Source of the DNA: Antedon mediterranea
Taxonomy: Eukaryota; Animalia; Echinodermata
DNA length: 64,000 nucleotides
Assembly: GCF_964355755.1 (NCBI RefSeq)
Contig: NC_092671.1
Location: forward strand, 26,238,070-26,302,069
Reading direction: 5' to 3'
Numbering within the stretch: the stretch's first letter is position 1; every line of letters begins with the position of its first letter. The translations under genes and the position numbers were made by a program. Of this stretch, positions 1-12,659 are shown piece after piece. A model generated the notes under the pieces. The model ran no database searches, was not told the origin of the DNA, and worked only from the letters and a program-made list of their open reading frames with translations.

Positions 1-173
1 CGTTAGATTAAAGCCTCTCATTTTAAATCAAACCTCTTATCTGTACTCAGCGTTTTATTTATGTACAGACATGTATTATACATACAGTACATCGGTCATC
101 AATATTACAATACATGCATTTCTCTGATGGAAATCCCCATGAATGAATGTAAACATTTTGTATTAAAAAACGT

Positions 174-463
174 TTTACTCGGTTCTTTTTACAGGGACTA
201 GCATACAGCAATTGGATCACCAATCACCATGTTTAATCGGTTCTTTTTACAGGGACTAGAATACAGCAATTGGATCACCAATCACCATGTTTAATCGGTT
301 CTTTTTACAGGTACTAGCATACAGCCATTGGATCACCAATCACCATGTTTAATCGGTTCTTTTTACAGGGACTAGAATACAGCCATTGGATCACCAATCA
401 CCATGTTTAATCGGTTCTTTTTACAGGTACTAGCATACAGCCATTGGATCACCAATAACCATG
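174..463. repeat. Minisatellite, 58-bp unit, ~5 copies
   Basis: Unit ggttctttttacaggg/tactagc/aatacagca/cattggatcaccaatcaccatgtttaatc starts at 181, 239, 297, 355 and 413. Confidence 0.95.
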
Positions 464-1879
464 TATACAAACATAATATACAGTTACGAGTAAATAATAA
501 CAATCTAAAAAATATATATATTAACAAAAACATGGACGCTTTTATAGTAATATATTTTTTATTCTTATGCGGTATTGACAGATTGTATGATTTTCTACAC
601 AATTTCCTACAAAACACTTTCATTTGGAAATAAGCTCATTCCAGTTTTCTTTAGCAAGCATTTTAAATTTACCTTACATAAACCTATGGGCATTCTGAAA
701 TGGATATGTTAAGTAGGCTTTTCTCATTTTTTAAATTAGTAGTAATTTGATTCTTGTTTTGTTTTTTCCGTCAACTTTTTTTTAAATTGTTTTCTTTTTG
801 GAAGCACACATTTTTTATGTTTACTGTTATCTTTTACATAACGAATATAAATAAAGTTTTAATTGAATATGCTGTTCGTAAGCTCTGTCTACACTGTCCA
901 TATATGGGCACATTACATAAAGTTTGATAGTACAGTAGAAGAGCGTTTGGCCTCGCAAAAATGTAAAAACAAGCACTGTATCACATCACTGCAATCTCAG
1001 TGTGCTATGGTACAGTGGAAAAGTTCCTCATTTATACGCATGCGCAGTTGATATTTTTTTAAACGCCACTCATTTGGCACAAATCTACCACTCTGGATCT
1101 CCTTTAAGATACTCATAACGTACTATTTATGTATTTCTGTTATTATGAACATTTGTGTGAACTACTGTTTATCTTTTATGAGGTTTGACTGACTGGTTTA
1201 CTAAAATACAAGCTTTATGTTGATATAAAGTCTGCGTTACTGTATGATATTAAGATTATAATTGTAATTTACAATAAGAGTCGTTTTCTTTTTCTGAAAA
1301 ATTGTTGTTATTATCTTTTTCTTTGGGGTCTTGCGTTTCGCAAAGAAATTCTGTTCCTTATAATACAAGATACCCAGTAATTGTATTTGTTTCAATCATA
1401 ATTGTATACTTATTGTCATTAAAACAAATTTTTTTTCTAATAAAAAAATATAAATAAGATGAACTAATTGACAGCATACGTGATTTATAACTTTCATAAG
1501 CCATGTGTCTTTCATCTGAAAACATATATCCAATGTAATCAAGAAGTATCGAACTACAATCTAAATAGAAATTGATAAAAATGGTTGATATATATACAAT
1601 GTATACTGCAGCCTGTCATTACTTTTACCTCGAAAACAACGAATAGACGTTTCTAAGTGACATCACGCTCATAAATGAGTCTCAAATTTCTTGTTCAAAA
1701 ATCAAATTCAATTATCTGTCAAAATCATGTGTGTACTTCTGCGAAATTAATATCTCTTTAAGATATATTTGAATGCAATAAGATCAGTCAAATGCAATGG
1801 CACTTTATACAGACACACGCTATTCTGGACAATTACCGTGATTGAATAATCGAATAGAGTTTGTAATACATGATGATGA

Positions 1880-1945
1880 TTTGTAGTTTAGGTACTCGGC
1901 TACTAATTCCAAGGTCCTGGGTTCAAATCCTTTCAGATGCTAAGA
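1880..1945 (+). mobile_element. Decayed tRNA-derived SINE head
   Basis: B-box-like GGTTCAAATCC (1919-1930) preceded by aaggtcctg; A box degenerate; no clean cloverleaf. Confidence 0.4.
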
Positions 1946-2400
1946 TTTGTTCTCATGACATCAGAACAACTCAACACCTAAAGACTACAATTAATAAGAC
2001 CTTGTTTGTGCATAGTATCTTGTGTATATAATTGTCTTTATGATTTTGTTTATTATACACTAGCCTTAATATAACGGATATGTGGCTGTCTGGCCTCTCC
2101 ACAAAACTTGTTAAAAAACTTCAAACGTTATACCGTTATCATTTTGAATTATTTAGCCTATTTGTTTCAAGTATCTTCTTCTGGATAACAATTCTAGTCA
2201 AATTGTTTCCACCCAACCATCCAGATTTCTATGACGTAAGTACTTTTTGAATATTTACAAAATAATTTGCGAGTAATGGGACTCTATTGACTGAATTTCT
2301 ATGTCTAGATGTATTGATTCCACCCCAGTCTCCTCAAACCCCAACCCCCGGAAGATTAATCTCAAAATACAATTACGTCAGAGTCTGGACAACATCTGAC

Positions 2401-2427
2401 CAGGGAGTTGCTAATAACAACTCCCTG
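2401..2427. mobile_element. 27-bp CA..TG palindrome with 7-bp TSD (putative P-element-type excision footprint)
   Basis: atctgac|cagggagttgctaataacaactccctg|atctgac; direct repeats at 2394-2400 and 2428-2434. Confidence 0.7.
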
Positions 2428-3689
2428 ATCTGACCAATAATATTTAATTTATATAATACTTTTTCGTGGTATGTTGTTATTGTAATGCTTGATTGACTAA
2501 TGTATGTTTTCCATTTAGCATGTTAACTTTTTACTTCTCTATTTTCTTACGTGGATGTAATTTGAATTGTCTGTTTATATTATTTTATTGGTGATTTTAG
2601 CTTGTTTTTGTTGCTAAACAAAATGCAATAATGCCAATATCCACATACCCACACATTTTCAAATATCATGTACACGAATCCCGAATTACAGATGGGAAGG
2701 GGTGATGGCTTTCACCCGATTATCAGTACTAAACCACATATGTGTTGATTGTATTGAAGGTTAGGGTTAGGTTATGATACACGCGTCACATACAAGACAC
2801 ATGATATCCTGTTTTACGGAATGTGTCTATACTGTAAATTTAGACAATACCATGCCGATAATCGGCTGATCTTTTCTTCTGAAATTAGTGGAAGATATCA
2901 GAAATTGTTTTTATGTTAATAGCTTCATTATAACCATGGGAGATGACTCTAACCTGTTTGTAATGGACGTCCTTGTGTTCGCTGATTGTTCTCATGCCAC
3001 TTTGAGGTCATGCATAAGTCGTACAAAATATTACACATCGGCAAATAATATAAGTGTGTTTAGAGATTTCGTGTGGTTCGTAATTGTATAAGAAAGCAAT
3101 GAGACGAATCCGGAATGAGTCTTGGGAATATAATAGTTTCACGATTTAATCAACCGCCAGATGAGACAAGGCAGGGTATCTTTAAGTATGGCGTCTTGGC
3201 TTTATGAATCTACCTGATTGAGTACTTCACCGTATCATCAAACATCAAACTCTCAAATCACTCCATTTTTGTTCAATGTTGGTAACTTGTTCTTGATTTT
3301 CTTCTAATTTAGACATGTTCCTCTCTATCGATCTCTTAGGCCTATTATTTTCAATAATAACGATGAAGTAAGATGTCGTTATTTTTAGATGTTGTACTTA
3401 TAACCACATTTTAATTTTTTTTTGGAAAATACATTGGTCAGTACTGTTATTAAACATGTTATTATTTTTCTCCAGCTTTGACTCACCAATTCACTTCTGC
3501 GAAATTAATATCTCTTTAAAGATGCATTGTCCACAAAAACATGATGAAGACAAAATGAAGATTGATAAAATCAGACTTTGAATAGGCCATTTATTTAAAT
3601 CATAAAAATACAAAATAAACGATTAAATTCAACCAAAACCGGTCAAATTGGCAGGTTTTTTAACCACTTTCCTACAAGAGAATTATTGA

Positions 3690-4145
3690 AATCACTACTT
3701 TTAAGTAGTACTTTAAAAATCACTACTTAGTGCACGACTTAGGGCAATACTAAACACTACAAGGAACTATATTCAAACCTCTTCACTTAGTCCTACAGCA
3801 CTTTATATTACTACTTACATAACTTGCAGAACTCCGTAAATCACAAAGCACTACTCAAATGATTAGTTGGCACTATATCACTACTTCAAAAAAATACACT
3901 AACTTACAGTACTGTACTACTTAAAGGCCTGTTTAAATCAATACTTTAGGCACTACTTAAATTGCTATTTAGAGCAAGCACTTTTAAAAAAACAAATGAC
4001 AATTTGTCACTTAAAGAACCACCCACCCCAAACTTTACTTTAAAACACTAGGCCTACCTAATGCACTACTTTTAAAGTATTATTTACAGTACTACTTAAA
4101 ACATTATTAAAGCATGCTTAATAAACTGTTTAAACCACTAATTAA
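3690..4145. repeat. Degenerate low-complexity repeat built on cactact/cactacttaa
   Basis: Many imperfect cactac(t/a) units at irregular spacing. Confidence 0.6.
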
Positions 4146-7100
4146 AGCTAATGAAGTGCTGAAATACATGCAAACATAATATATTATTATTTATATAATG
4201 TTTTGAATGTTTCTTATGTCACGGCTGTATCTATCATCACACTAATCTGCTATTTTCCCATTGTATTTACTATCAAGTATTCATTATGTAAATATAGTGT
4301 TGGCAATAAAAGGACGCGGACTCACATAAATCCAAAGAATAAATACATAGACAAAGTACACGAGCTTGTTGAAAATAAGTACTTTCTTATCAGTGGGGGG
4401 AAGGGGGGGGGGTGTAATTCAAATTAAACAGGAAAATCTCTATTCTTTTGTACACAAATGTAAATAGAGAGGCATTTTTTAAAAACTATGAAAAATAAAC
4501 GATGTGGTAAAAAAGGTTATCAGATGACTAAATATACCGTAGGTAATATAACTTGAATTTTAAGTTTCTGGTATTTTTATTTAACTTCAGAGTTTTATTT
4601 TCTTTCTATAGCAAAAATTATCAACCGTAGCCTATATCCACCATCTTTTTTCACCTTCTAGGGAGTCACCAGACATGTTTAGGTTAAACTACCTAACTAC
4701 TGTAGCAGAATTTTTCCAAATTTTGCATTTGACCATTTTAAGAGAAATTCATGTTTTTTCGTCTTGATTTCTGTTACAAGTAGGCCTATTTAATTTATGT
4801 ACAATTAACCAGATACTATATTTAAAATGCATGCATGTACCTGAGCTCTGAGCTTTAAGACATTCACGTGTATTTCCGTTACCATAAAATCACTAATGTT
4901 TCTTACTAAATCCTTATTTGATATCCAAATTGCGTACCTCCGTTTTATAATCTTAATTATTATGTAGGCCTATCTATGGCTAATAATAGCGCTTTTACTG
5001 TAAATGTTTTGCATTTGTATTGTATTACAAAATATACCGTTTTAGTGTGTTGGAAATCGATACGTAAGAATAATCTTAGTCGTATACTTCCGTCTACACT
5101 TTCTTGATAGCCGAACAATTATGTAGCCACTTAATTTTGTTTAACCCAATGACTAATATTGTATAGGTGGATTGTATTACCGGTAATCTATTCAGTATTA
5201 ATTCTCGGGATACATACGCATACTTTTGGTAAGCTCGGTATGGTTACTGCACCCAAAATACAAGGTGTAATAAGTGCACACTACAGATTGGTTAACGTAA
5301 TGTAGAGACGTAAGAGCAACGCACGATTTGACAAATCACGTCAACTGACGCTTGTGATTAATTTGTTGCGTTGCGCCTACGTCCTTGCGTTATGCGTCAT
5401 CAGAAACTATTATAACTAATAATAGTTCTAATAAACTTGATAATTATTATGTTACTTATAACTGTCCAAACAAAATAAATCACGGATATTTTCTGACTAA
5501 AATGACCGGTTCTCGATGCATGCTGTATTTGAAAATATATAACTATTTTATAGGCAAGTTTCATGATACAGAGATGCATGTGCGTCACATTATGAATAAT
5601 GTTAAACTGTATAATTATACTGTAACTGTGTGACGATAATCGGCTGAATGTCAGTGACACTGTGTGTGGTCGGTTGTTGTACCACTTACAGCACAATACG
5701 TGCCGGCAAACAAACAACACGGGATCTCCATCACTATTCTAATAGTAAACGGTAAAATTACTATTCATTGAATATTTCCGTTATTATTTTGATTAAATCA
5801 CATGAGACCAATTTCGTCCGTGGGATATATCGGAAAGAGCATTGTGGAGGATCTCATAAATACTTTAATCTACAGATACTGAATTAGATGTCACGTGTGC
5901 ACCTTAAACTCCCGGTCAAAGCATTTAATAATAGATTTCTTTTTTTATTACAAAATAACACAAAGTCTATAACAGACGTAAAAACGTTCTTAATTCATCG
6001 TCTTAGTTAAATCACAGTTTCGTGTAAGTATTAGTCGTTTTACCAGGGGAAAAATAAAAGTGTAGATTTAAACAATTTATGAAAATCCAATTCAATTTTT
6101 ATTTTATAGAACAAAATAATAAGAAACATTTACATTAATCGTAAAAGTAAAGTTTTTAACTATAAAACATTTTTTTTATTGATACAGAAATAAAAAAATA
6201 AAGATTGATTGATCTATTAAGGAGCTTTCGCAATGCCATTAATACGATAACGAAAATGGATACGGCGCAAATTTTTTAAACTTTTAAGCTGATCTCCAAC
6301 AAGTTCATATTCGTAAATTAATGTACACAGACGAGCAGTAATGGTAAGCGGAACACTTCTCTGATTGGTTGCTTCAAAAATGTAAAAACAAAACTACAAA
6401 TTTCGCTGAAGCGAAAAACTCAAGGAATTAGAATTCCTCGCAGAAAGGAATTTTGAATATGGAAACATCAATACGCATGCGTAGAAGCTGACACTTTCAC
6501 TTGCCGAGTGGGAAAGGCTTAAAATCTCAGCTGTATTTATCCTTAGAGGGTTTGACGAAAATGAAATCTTTTTGTGCTCTTCCTTCTAATAATTTTCAAG
6601 AATCGGTTACACTACGAATAATGTGTATGTATAGCCTCTATGCGGTACGCGAAATAACTGTATAGTCACAAAATCTATGATGAAATGACTCCTAATATAA
6701 AAATAACATTGTCATACTTAATAGCCGAGGTAACATACATGTTTCTAAATATGTTTGTCATAACTTTTGGATGGTGTAATCTGCATGATCTGTAGGCACG
6801 CTCTACCAAAGAAGAGTAGTCGTACTCTTCCCTGCCCTATGTCGAAGGCCGGGTCTGTAACATCATAATTAATTATTATTCTTCAAATTACCGTGTTTAA
6901 ATCCGTCTTTTGTTACTCAGTAGCCCTATGATATCATTTCATTTAGTTTTAAAAATCAGTGCATATACTCTTACCTGCTTGCTTTAAAATGGAACTAAAC
7001 TATTATTTAACTTGATTTAGTCATTACAAAGTGAAAAAAAAGATTATTTTCGCACATACTCCATAGATTCTTTGCTGAGATTTAGAAATAACAGGCACAT

Positions 7101-8059
7101 ACCTATTTATAACTAATTTTAGTATGAGTATACCGTGAGACTTCCACAAGCTGTGGTTAAAGCGAGTCCATACATCAACTAGACCATTCGCGCATTTGAA
7201 AGACTCTACTTCTTGATCATCCACGCATTTCTTGAAATTTTATTTCATCTGTTCTAATAAATGAAATAACCCTAAACTTTACAATGTGTATGTCATTATG
7301 TGTTTTTTAAGTGATATGTGTCAGAGTAATCCTTTATGGAAAACTAAAATAACATCATTTTAAATCTAGGGTATTAAATTACTCTTTTAGGTGGAAATAC
7401 TTTAATAATACTGATTACGTAATAAGTACGTCACCATGACCTTAAATTACCCCCCGATTGCAACATCTGCAAAAACCACTGCTTGTACAATTCAACAATC
7501 GCAAATGAGGCGAATAAAATAACTGAAAACAATTAATGTGACATAATTAGACTACTGCAAATTTGCACAACCGCACACTCTCTTTTCCACTAATTTTCTC
7601 GAGGCAGGTTTCGTTTCGAAGAGTGATACAATCGAATTCAAGGTTTGTGTATCGATCGTTTTGTTGAACATGTAGCAACATTCAATGAACTTCCGACGTT
7701 TGTTGTAAATCCGTCACCGTCTCGAATACACAGCTAACACCATTGGCTATCGACTTGCTATTGTTAATGAATAAGCTTGATGAATGAACCAACATCGGGG
7801 ATACTATTTTATCGAAAGAACATTGGCTTCTCGTTTCTCATCCAAAATGTTTATCATGTCAGTACGAATAGTCAAGTAGTCAAGTATTGGATCACTATGC
7901 ACTCTAACGTCACAACGTCATTGTCTTCAAAATATTTTGTTTAGATAAAAATAAGATGCCTAACACATCAGGCAGAGAAAATGAATTCTAACCGTCCGGT
8001 GATATACTGAAATTAATTAATTAATTTGAAACGAGAAAGATGAGGAAATCTGTGGGAAT

Positions 8060-8145
8060 GAGAAAAATCCCCAACCGAGATTCGATCCCGGAATCTTTTG
8101 CTTGATATAAAGATGTCCTAACCATTAGACCACCGATGCTTTCAT
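8060..8145 (-). mobile_element. tRNA-derived SINE head / tRNA pseudogene
   Basis: Minus strand reads ggtggtctaatggttaggac...ccgggatcgaatctcggttggg, with Pol III A box (TGGTCTAATGG) and B box (GGATCGAATC). A related copy lies at 50438-50500. Confidence 0.6.
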
Positions 8146-10784
8146 GGTATTGTTTGGATAGCGACTCTCGGCATGGTACGGTGGAAGGGCACCAGTCCCT
8201 CAATTGTACGCACCAGAGATCAAATTGAAACGCCCTCATCTTTTCAGTATTTTTCACGCTGCTGCTCTAGCCCGCTACGTCACAAGAGATGAATCATTCA
8301 GATATAAAGCAAGCAGCAGTTTTAGTACTGATAGACTGACGTTTTTGCTAAAATGCATACTCGACTATAATTTATAGGTCCCAGCTGCTAGAAAAAACGT
8401 CTGGGAAAAGAGCCTATGAGGGCTCACGGTTGAACGATTTTGGATTCTTGCCCTTTGATTGGTTGACGCCAATCAACAGATTGTAGAAGAATTTCCACTT
8501 GTGCCAACTTGAAGTCACGTTGTCTCTAGATGGTATTCAGTTGCATGCCTACAGTTCAGGTTGAGGTCACAGACAAACAGGCTACAGCACATTCAAGTTC
8601 AAAATTGACCATTTTTAAACGCCATTTTTTAATTAGAAGATTAATATTTGTTGGCAAATAACATTGTTGGAAAGGTACACATGTCTTCTTTCAAATTCTG
8701 TGTATACAATTAACTAGTGAAAAAATGGGCATGTGATTCATAATTAAAAAACTATCTTTGATTTGTATGTATCTTTGCGATGAAAGGACATCTTTTTGAT
8801 AATTAATCATAACTTAATCAAAAGAACAATGATTAATTTTAAAATGTCGAGCGGCGTTTTTTGTAAGAAATATTTCTTGTTCAGTATTATTCACGAAGCG
8901 GGATCTCCGTGACTGTTGTGTGACATCGTGTTTATATACTTTTTTCTATATTAGTAGTAGGAATGCTTATTCATTTTTAGGCCTATTATTTTATAGTATA
9001 CATTGTTGAAACAAATAACAAACAAAAGATAACATATTCAAACTAAAGAAAAATCATTTTGCCCAATAACAATAGTCATTAAAAATTACTTTATTATTAT
9101 TTTAAGGCTTGACGTACACAGATTGTTGGAATATTTTTGGAATATTTTTTGCCCGAATTAGTTGAAAAAATAAAAGCATTTATTTTGTTTCCATAGCAAA
9201 TCAATTGACAAACAAATTATCCGCCAACGCAACAAACCCATGACTACTACTACCGATAAATAAAACAATTACTAACGGTCTAGAACTAAACATGGCCTTA
9301 GGGTAATTTTTATGACGTCATTTTTCAAAAAATTGTGACACGTTGACCTGGTTTTTCATTGTCTTGATTGTACAATATTGATTAGATCGCTTTAATGAAA
9401 AATTAAATATAGTCATAAGATCAAGATTATAAACATCAATTAAAATAGTAAAATAAACACAATGCAATAGTGCATAAAAATACTAAGTGCCCTCTGGTAG
9501 TGTCATGCTCTGTCATTTCATAGTACACTCATATTATCACTGCAATAATATATTGATTCGTGTTCTCTGTCAGATATTATATGACTTAAGGTAATTAACC
9601 AACAGCTACAACATAAACATGTACTTCTTACTTATAAAATCACATTTTAGTTTACAAAACAAAATGCGATTATTTAGAGGAAATAGAGGTAAATTGTGAA
9701 GGGTTTTATTGGTTTTAGAATAATAATAGACCGTTGAGGGCATTCATTCTTGGCGTATTTTGTAATTTTAAATTACCCTTATTGAAGGTGTAAAGAAAGC
9801 AACAGTCTGTCGTAGTAGGGGCGTAGCTCAATTTGCGAGATTTTTGAGTTTGGCCTTGTGTCTGTCAAGATGTACTAGCATGTACTCTTGCTAGTTAATG
9901 CCTTTGTAAACAACAAATAACAACTTTACTAAATTATTCCCATTGTGTGTTTGTTTATTGTAGCTTGAGACAAAATGAATATTATAGGCCGGCTAACATA
10001 GTCAAAATAGATTTAGGATAAACAAAGACAGGACTATATAGATATAATAAGCAGGTATCATTATAGAGTTTGTTTTTAATCTTGGTCTTCAATGTTGTGA
10101 ACTCTTTATTCTGTATGATCAAAAATGTGAACTGAATTTTCTATAAGATATAGAGGTCGTACTCTGCAAAATGTTTATTGTCAATGCCATGTGATATACT
10201 CTGCTCATTCCTACAATTAAAGTGCTTTGATTTCAGCACTAGCAAATTAACGTCATCTAGTTACACGAGGACACTGCTTTGACGTCATTAAATGCATAAA
10301 TTAACAAATAATATACAAACCAATTTCATTAGCTGGCAATTATAACTGTTTAAATGTTATTTTCAGTGGAAAGCGTTTTTGGTGCAAACAGGTGATACAC
10401 AACTGAAATTTTATTTGAATATTTTACACTGTAATTATCTACAAACATCATAAACAATACAAATCGAAAGATCAAAATGTTAAAGCAACGCAGTAATACA
10501 ACCAGAATAGATCACAATTTATAATACGCCTATTTTTGTCTCAGTGATAGTCCCTCGGGATATTTTCAAAATTAAATAGTGTTTGTATGTTTTTTGACTC
10601 TCATATTAATTGACAACAAAATGAAAAACATATGTTCTATTTCGTGAGTGAAACTTACCCTATTTCCAATCAACATTCAGTACTATATATATATATATAT
10701 ATAAACACAAAATTAAATAGTGTTTGTATGTCCCTCTAACCAAATAAACCACTTGTTTGGTTTAGATACATTGACGAAATCTTC

Positions 10785-11890
10785 ATGATCTGGACTCATG
10801 GTGAAGATAATTTGGAATCTTTTCTTCTCAATATTAATTCAGCCCACCCAACTATCAAATTTACAGCTACCAAATCCACTAGTAGCGTTGATTTTTTGGA
10901 CACTATAGTGACCATAGAAAATGGTTCACTCAAAACTGACCTATTCCGTAAACCCACGGATAAAAATATGTACCTGCTCCCTAGCAGTTGTCACCCCCGA
11001 CACTGTACTAAAAACATACCGTACAGTCAAGCATTACGTATCAGACGTATCTGTTCTTCAGATTTAGATTTTCAGAATCGTACCGAAGAACTAACCGGAC
11101 ATCTCCGGAATAGAAATTACAAGAAGGAATACATCGAAACTGCTATAAAGAAAGCAAAAGATATTCCTCGATGCATAGAGATATTAATATCTCTATGCTC
11201 GATGTCAAACACTGACGTACAAACCACGTCAGCCAAAAAAAATCGACCAGAGTGCCATTGGTCACAACCTACCACCCTAGGTTGCCTCCATTACGGGCTA
11301 TTATTGAGAAACATATGCCCATTCTACAGTCCACAGAACGTCTCAGGACTGTTTTTCCGGAACCACCCATTATTGCATTTCGTAGACCTCCCAACCTCCG
11401 TGATATATTAGTCAGATCCAAATTTAAGAGTGAAATTAACTCTCATGACAGCCAACATTTGGGCAGTCACCTTTGCGGCAAATCTTGCAAAACTTGTTCA
11501 TTGGTTGATTCTACTGAAAAATTTGAGAGTAACCAAACTGGCCGCATTTTTCGGATAAGACAATCAATTAATTGTCTAACCAAAAACGTTATTTATCTCA
11601 TATACTGTAATATTTGTGGCAAACAGTACGTCGGAGCAACAAAAAACACTCTCCGTATGAGAATGACACAACACAGATCAGCTATCAAAACATTAAAGCT
11701 TGATCAACCTGAAGCCGAACATTTTAATTCAGCTGGTCACTCGATTGCAAATTTCAGAGTTATTGCAATAGACCACGATGTCAAATGGAGCGACAAAACT
11801 CGCAAAGACAAAGAAAACCACTGGGAATTACTACTTAAAACCACAAAACCTTTTGGACTTAACATTAGGAACATACTCCCAGATCGGTAA
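10785..11890 (+). pseudogene. Penelope RT/GIY-YIG polyprotein, frameshifted
   Basis: ORFs 10785-11411 and 11252-11890 join into one frame if the 31-bp insertion (11174-11204) and one A of the A8 run (11235-11242) are removed. Confidence 0.9.
11174..11197. mobile_element. 24-bp perfect palindrome with 7-bp TSD (putative P-element-type excision footprint)
   Basis: ctcgatg|CATAGAGATATTAATATCTCTATG|ctcgatg; TSDs at 11167-11173 and 11198-11204; interrupts the Penelope ORF. Confidence 0.8.
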
Positions 11891-12113
11891 AATTATTCCA
11901 TTGACTACCAAAATTTAAGTTTCAATATTAACCACCATTTAAGCTGTTTTTTAGTCTCATTCCAAAATTGTTTATATCTCTACCAAGCTACCTTCTTTGT
12001 TTTCTACTCTTATTCAGACTCCACCCTGGCTCCCTTTGTCATATTTCTTTTATTCCTGTCCACCCAGGCAGCACTTGCCAGCTTTATACTATGACGTTAT
12101 CCAAATTCCTTCA

Positions 12114-12156
12114 CTTGCACTGATGAAGGGCTAGTGTTGCCCGAAAGCTCTGCTAA
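12114..12156 (+). ncRNA. Minimal type I hammerhead ribozyme in Penelope pLTR (copy 1)
   Basis: gca-CTGATGA-A-GGGC(tagtgtt)GCCC-GAAA-GC-TC-tgc: conserved core, 4-bp stem II, palindromic AGCT stem III, short stem I; predicted cleavage after C12150. Confidence 0.85.
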
Positions 12157-12287
12157 CTTTTCTGGCTGTTTACTTTATCGTTTTGATTTAGCTTTTCGCT
12201 TTTTATTTTTGTATCTCCATTGAGATCCAGCCACTGATACCCACAGCATTGTCATTTTTCAGTAATTTGCCTTTGGATTTATATATA

Positions 12288-12322
<35 letters not shown>

Positions 12323-12431
12323 CATACTGTAAATTATAGAAACAGTGCTCATATTCGGAACATGATCTCATAATCGCGTCGAGCATAGCTCATTGGCGAA
12401 AGTTCCGTATTTTTTTAGTTGTATGAAAAAA

Positions 12432-12436
<5 letters not shown>

Positions 12437-12503
<67 letters not shown>
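12437..12503. repeat. (TA)n microsatellite
   Basis: Long perfect TA tract; shorter tracts at ~10684-10702 and ~12292-12318. Confidence 0.98.
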
Positions 12504-12507
<4 letters not shown>

Positions 12508-12659
12508 TAGGCCTGTACAAATTAAATAACTATACAATTATATTTAAAAATCCTTCAACAAAGTTATAATTTATTTTGAGCTTTATTTAATTTTCAATTA
12601 TATTTATTTGCTATTAAGCTTATAAGTTTCAAACGAATTACTAAGTTTATATATATAAA

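Larger units (their letters stand above)
10731..12280 (+). mobile_element. 5'-truncated Penelope-like retroelement (RT C-terminal/thumb + linker + GIY-YIG endonuclease + 3' pLTR)
   Basis: WFRYIDEIFMIW, HPTIKFT, VDFLD, LFRKPTD, SSCHP..NIPYSQALRIRRIC; then RVPLVTTYHP, CxxxCxxC linker, VIYLIYCNICGKQYVG and R-M-T-Q-H (GIY-YIG), ending PFGLN. Frameshifted near 11170-11242. (TA)n tracts on both sides. Confidence 0.95.

Noticed and set aside
2700-3330. Coding-like minus-strand stretch (MSKLEENQEQVTNIEQKW...)
   Set aside because: Stops in all frames and no recognisable domain.
7024-7260. Possible minus-strand exon
   Set aside because: Weak splice sites, no recognisable product and no partner exons found.
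8060-8145. Functional tRNA gene
   Set aside because: A and B boxes are present but the acceptor and anticodon stems do not pair well; treated as a SINE head.
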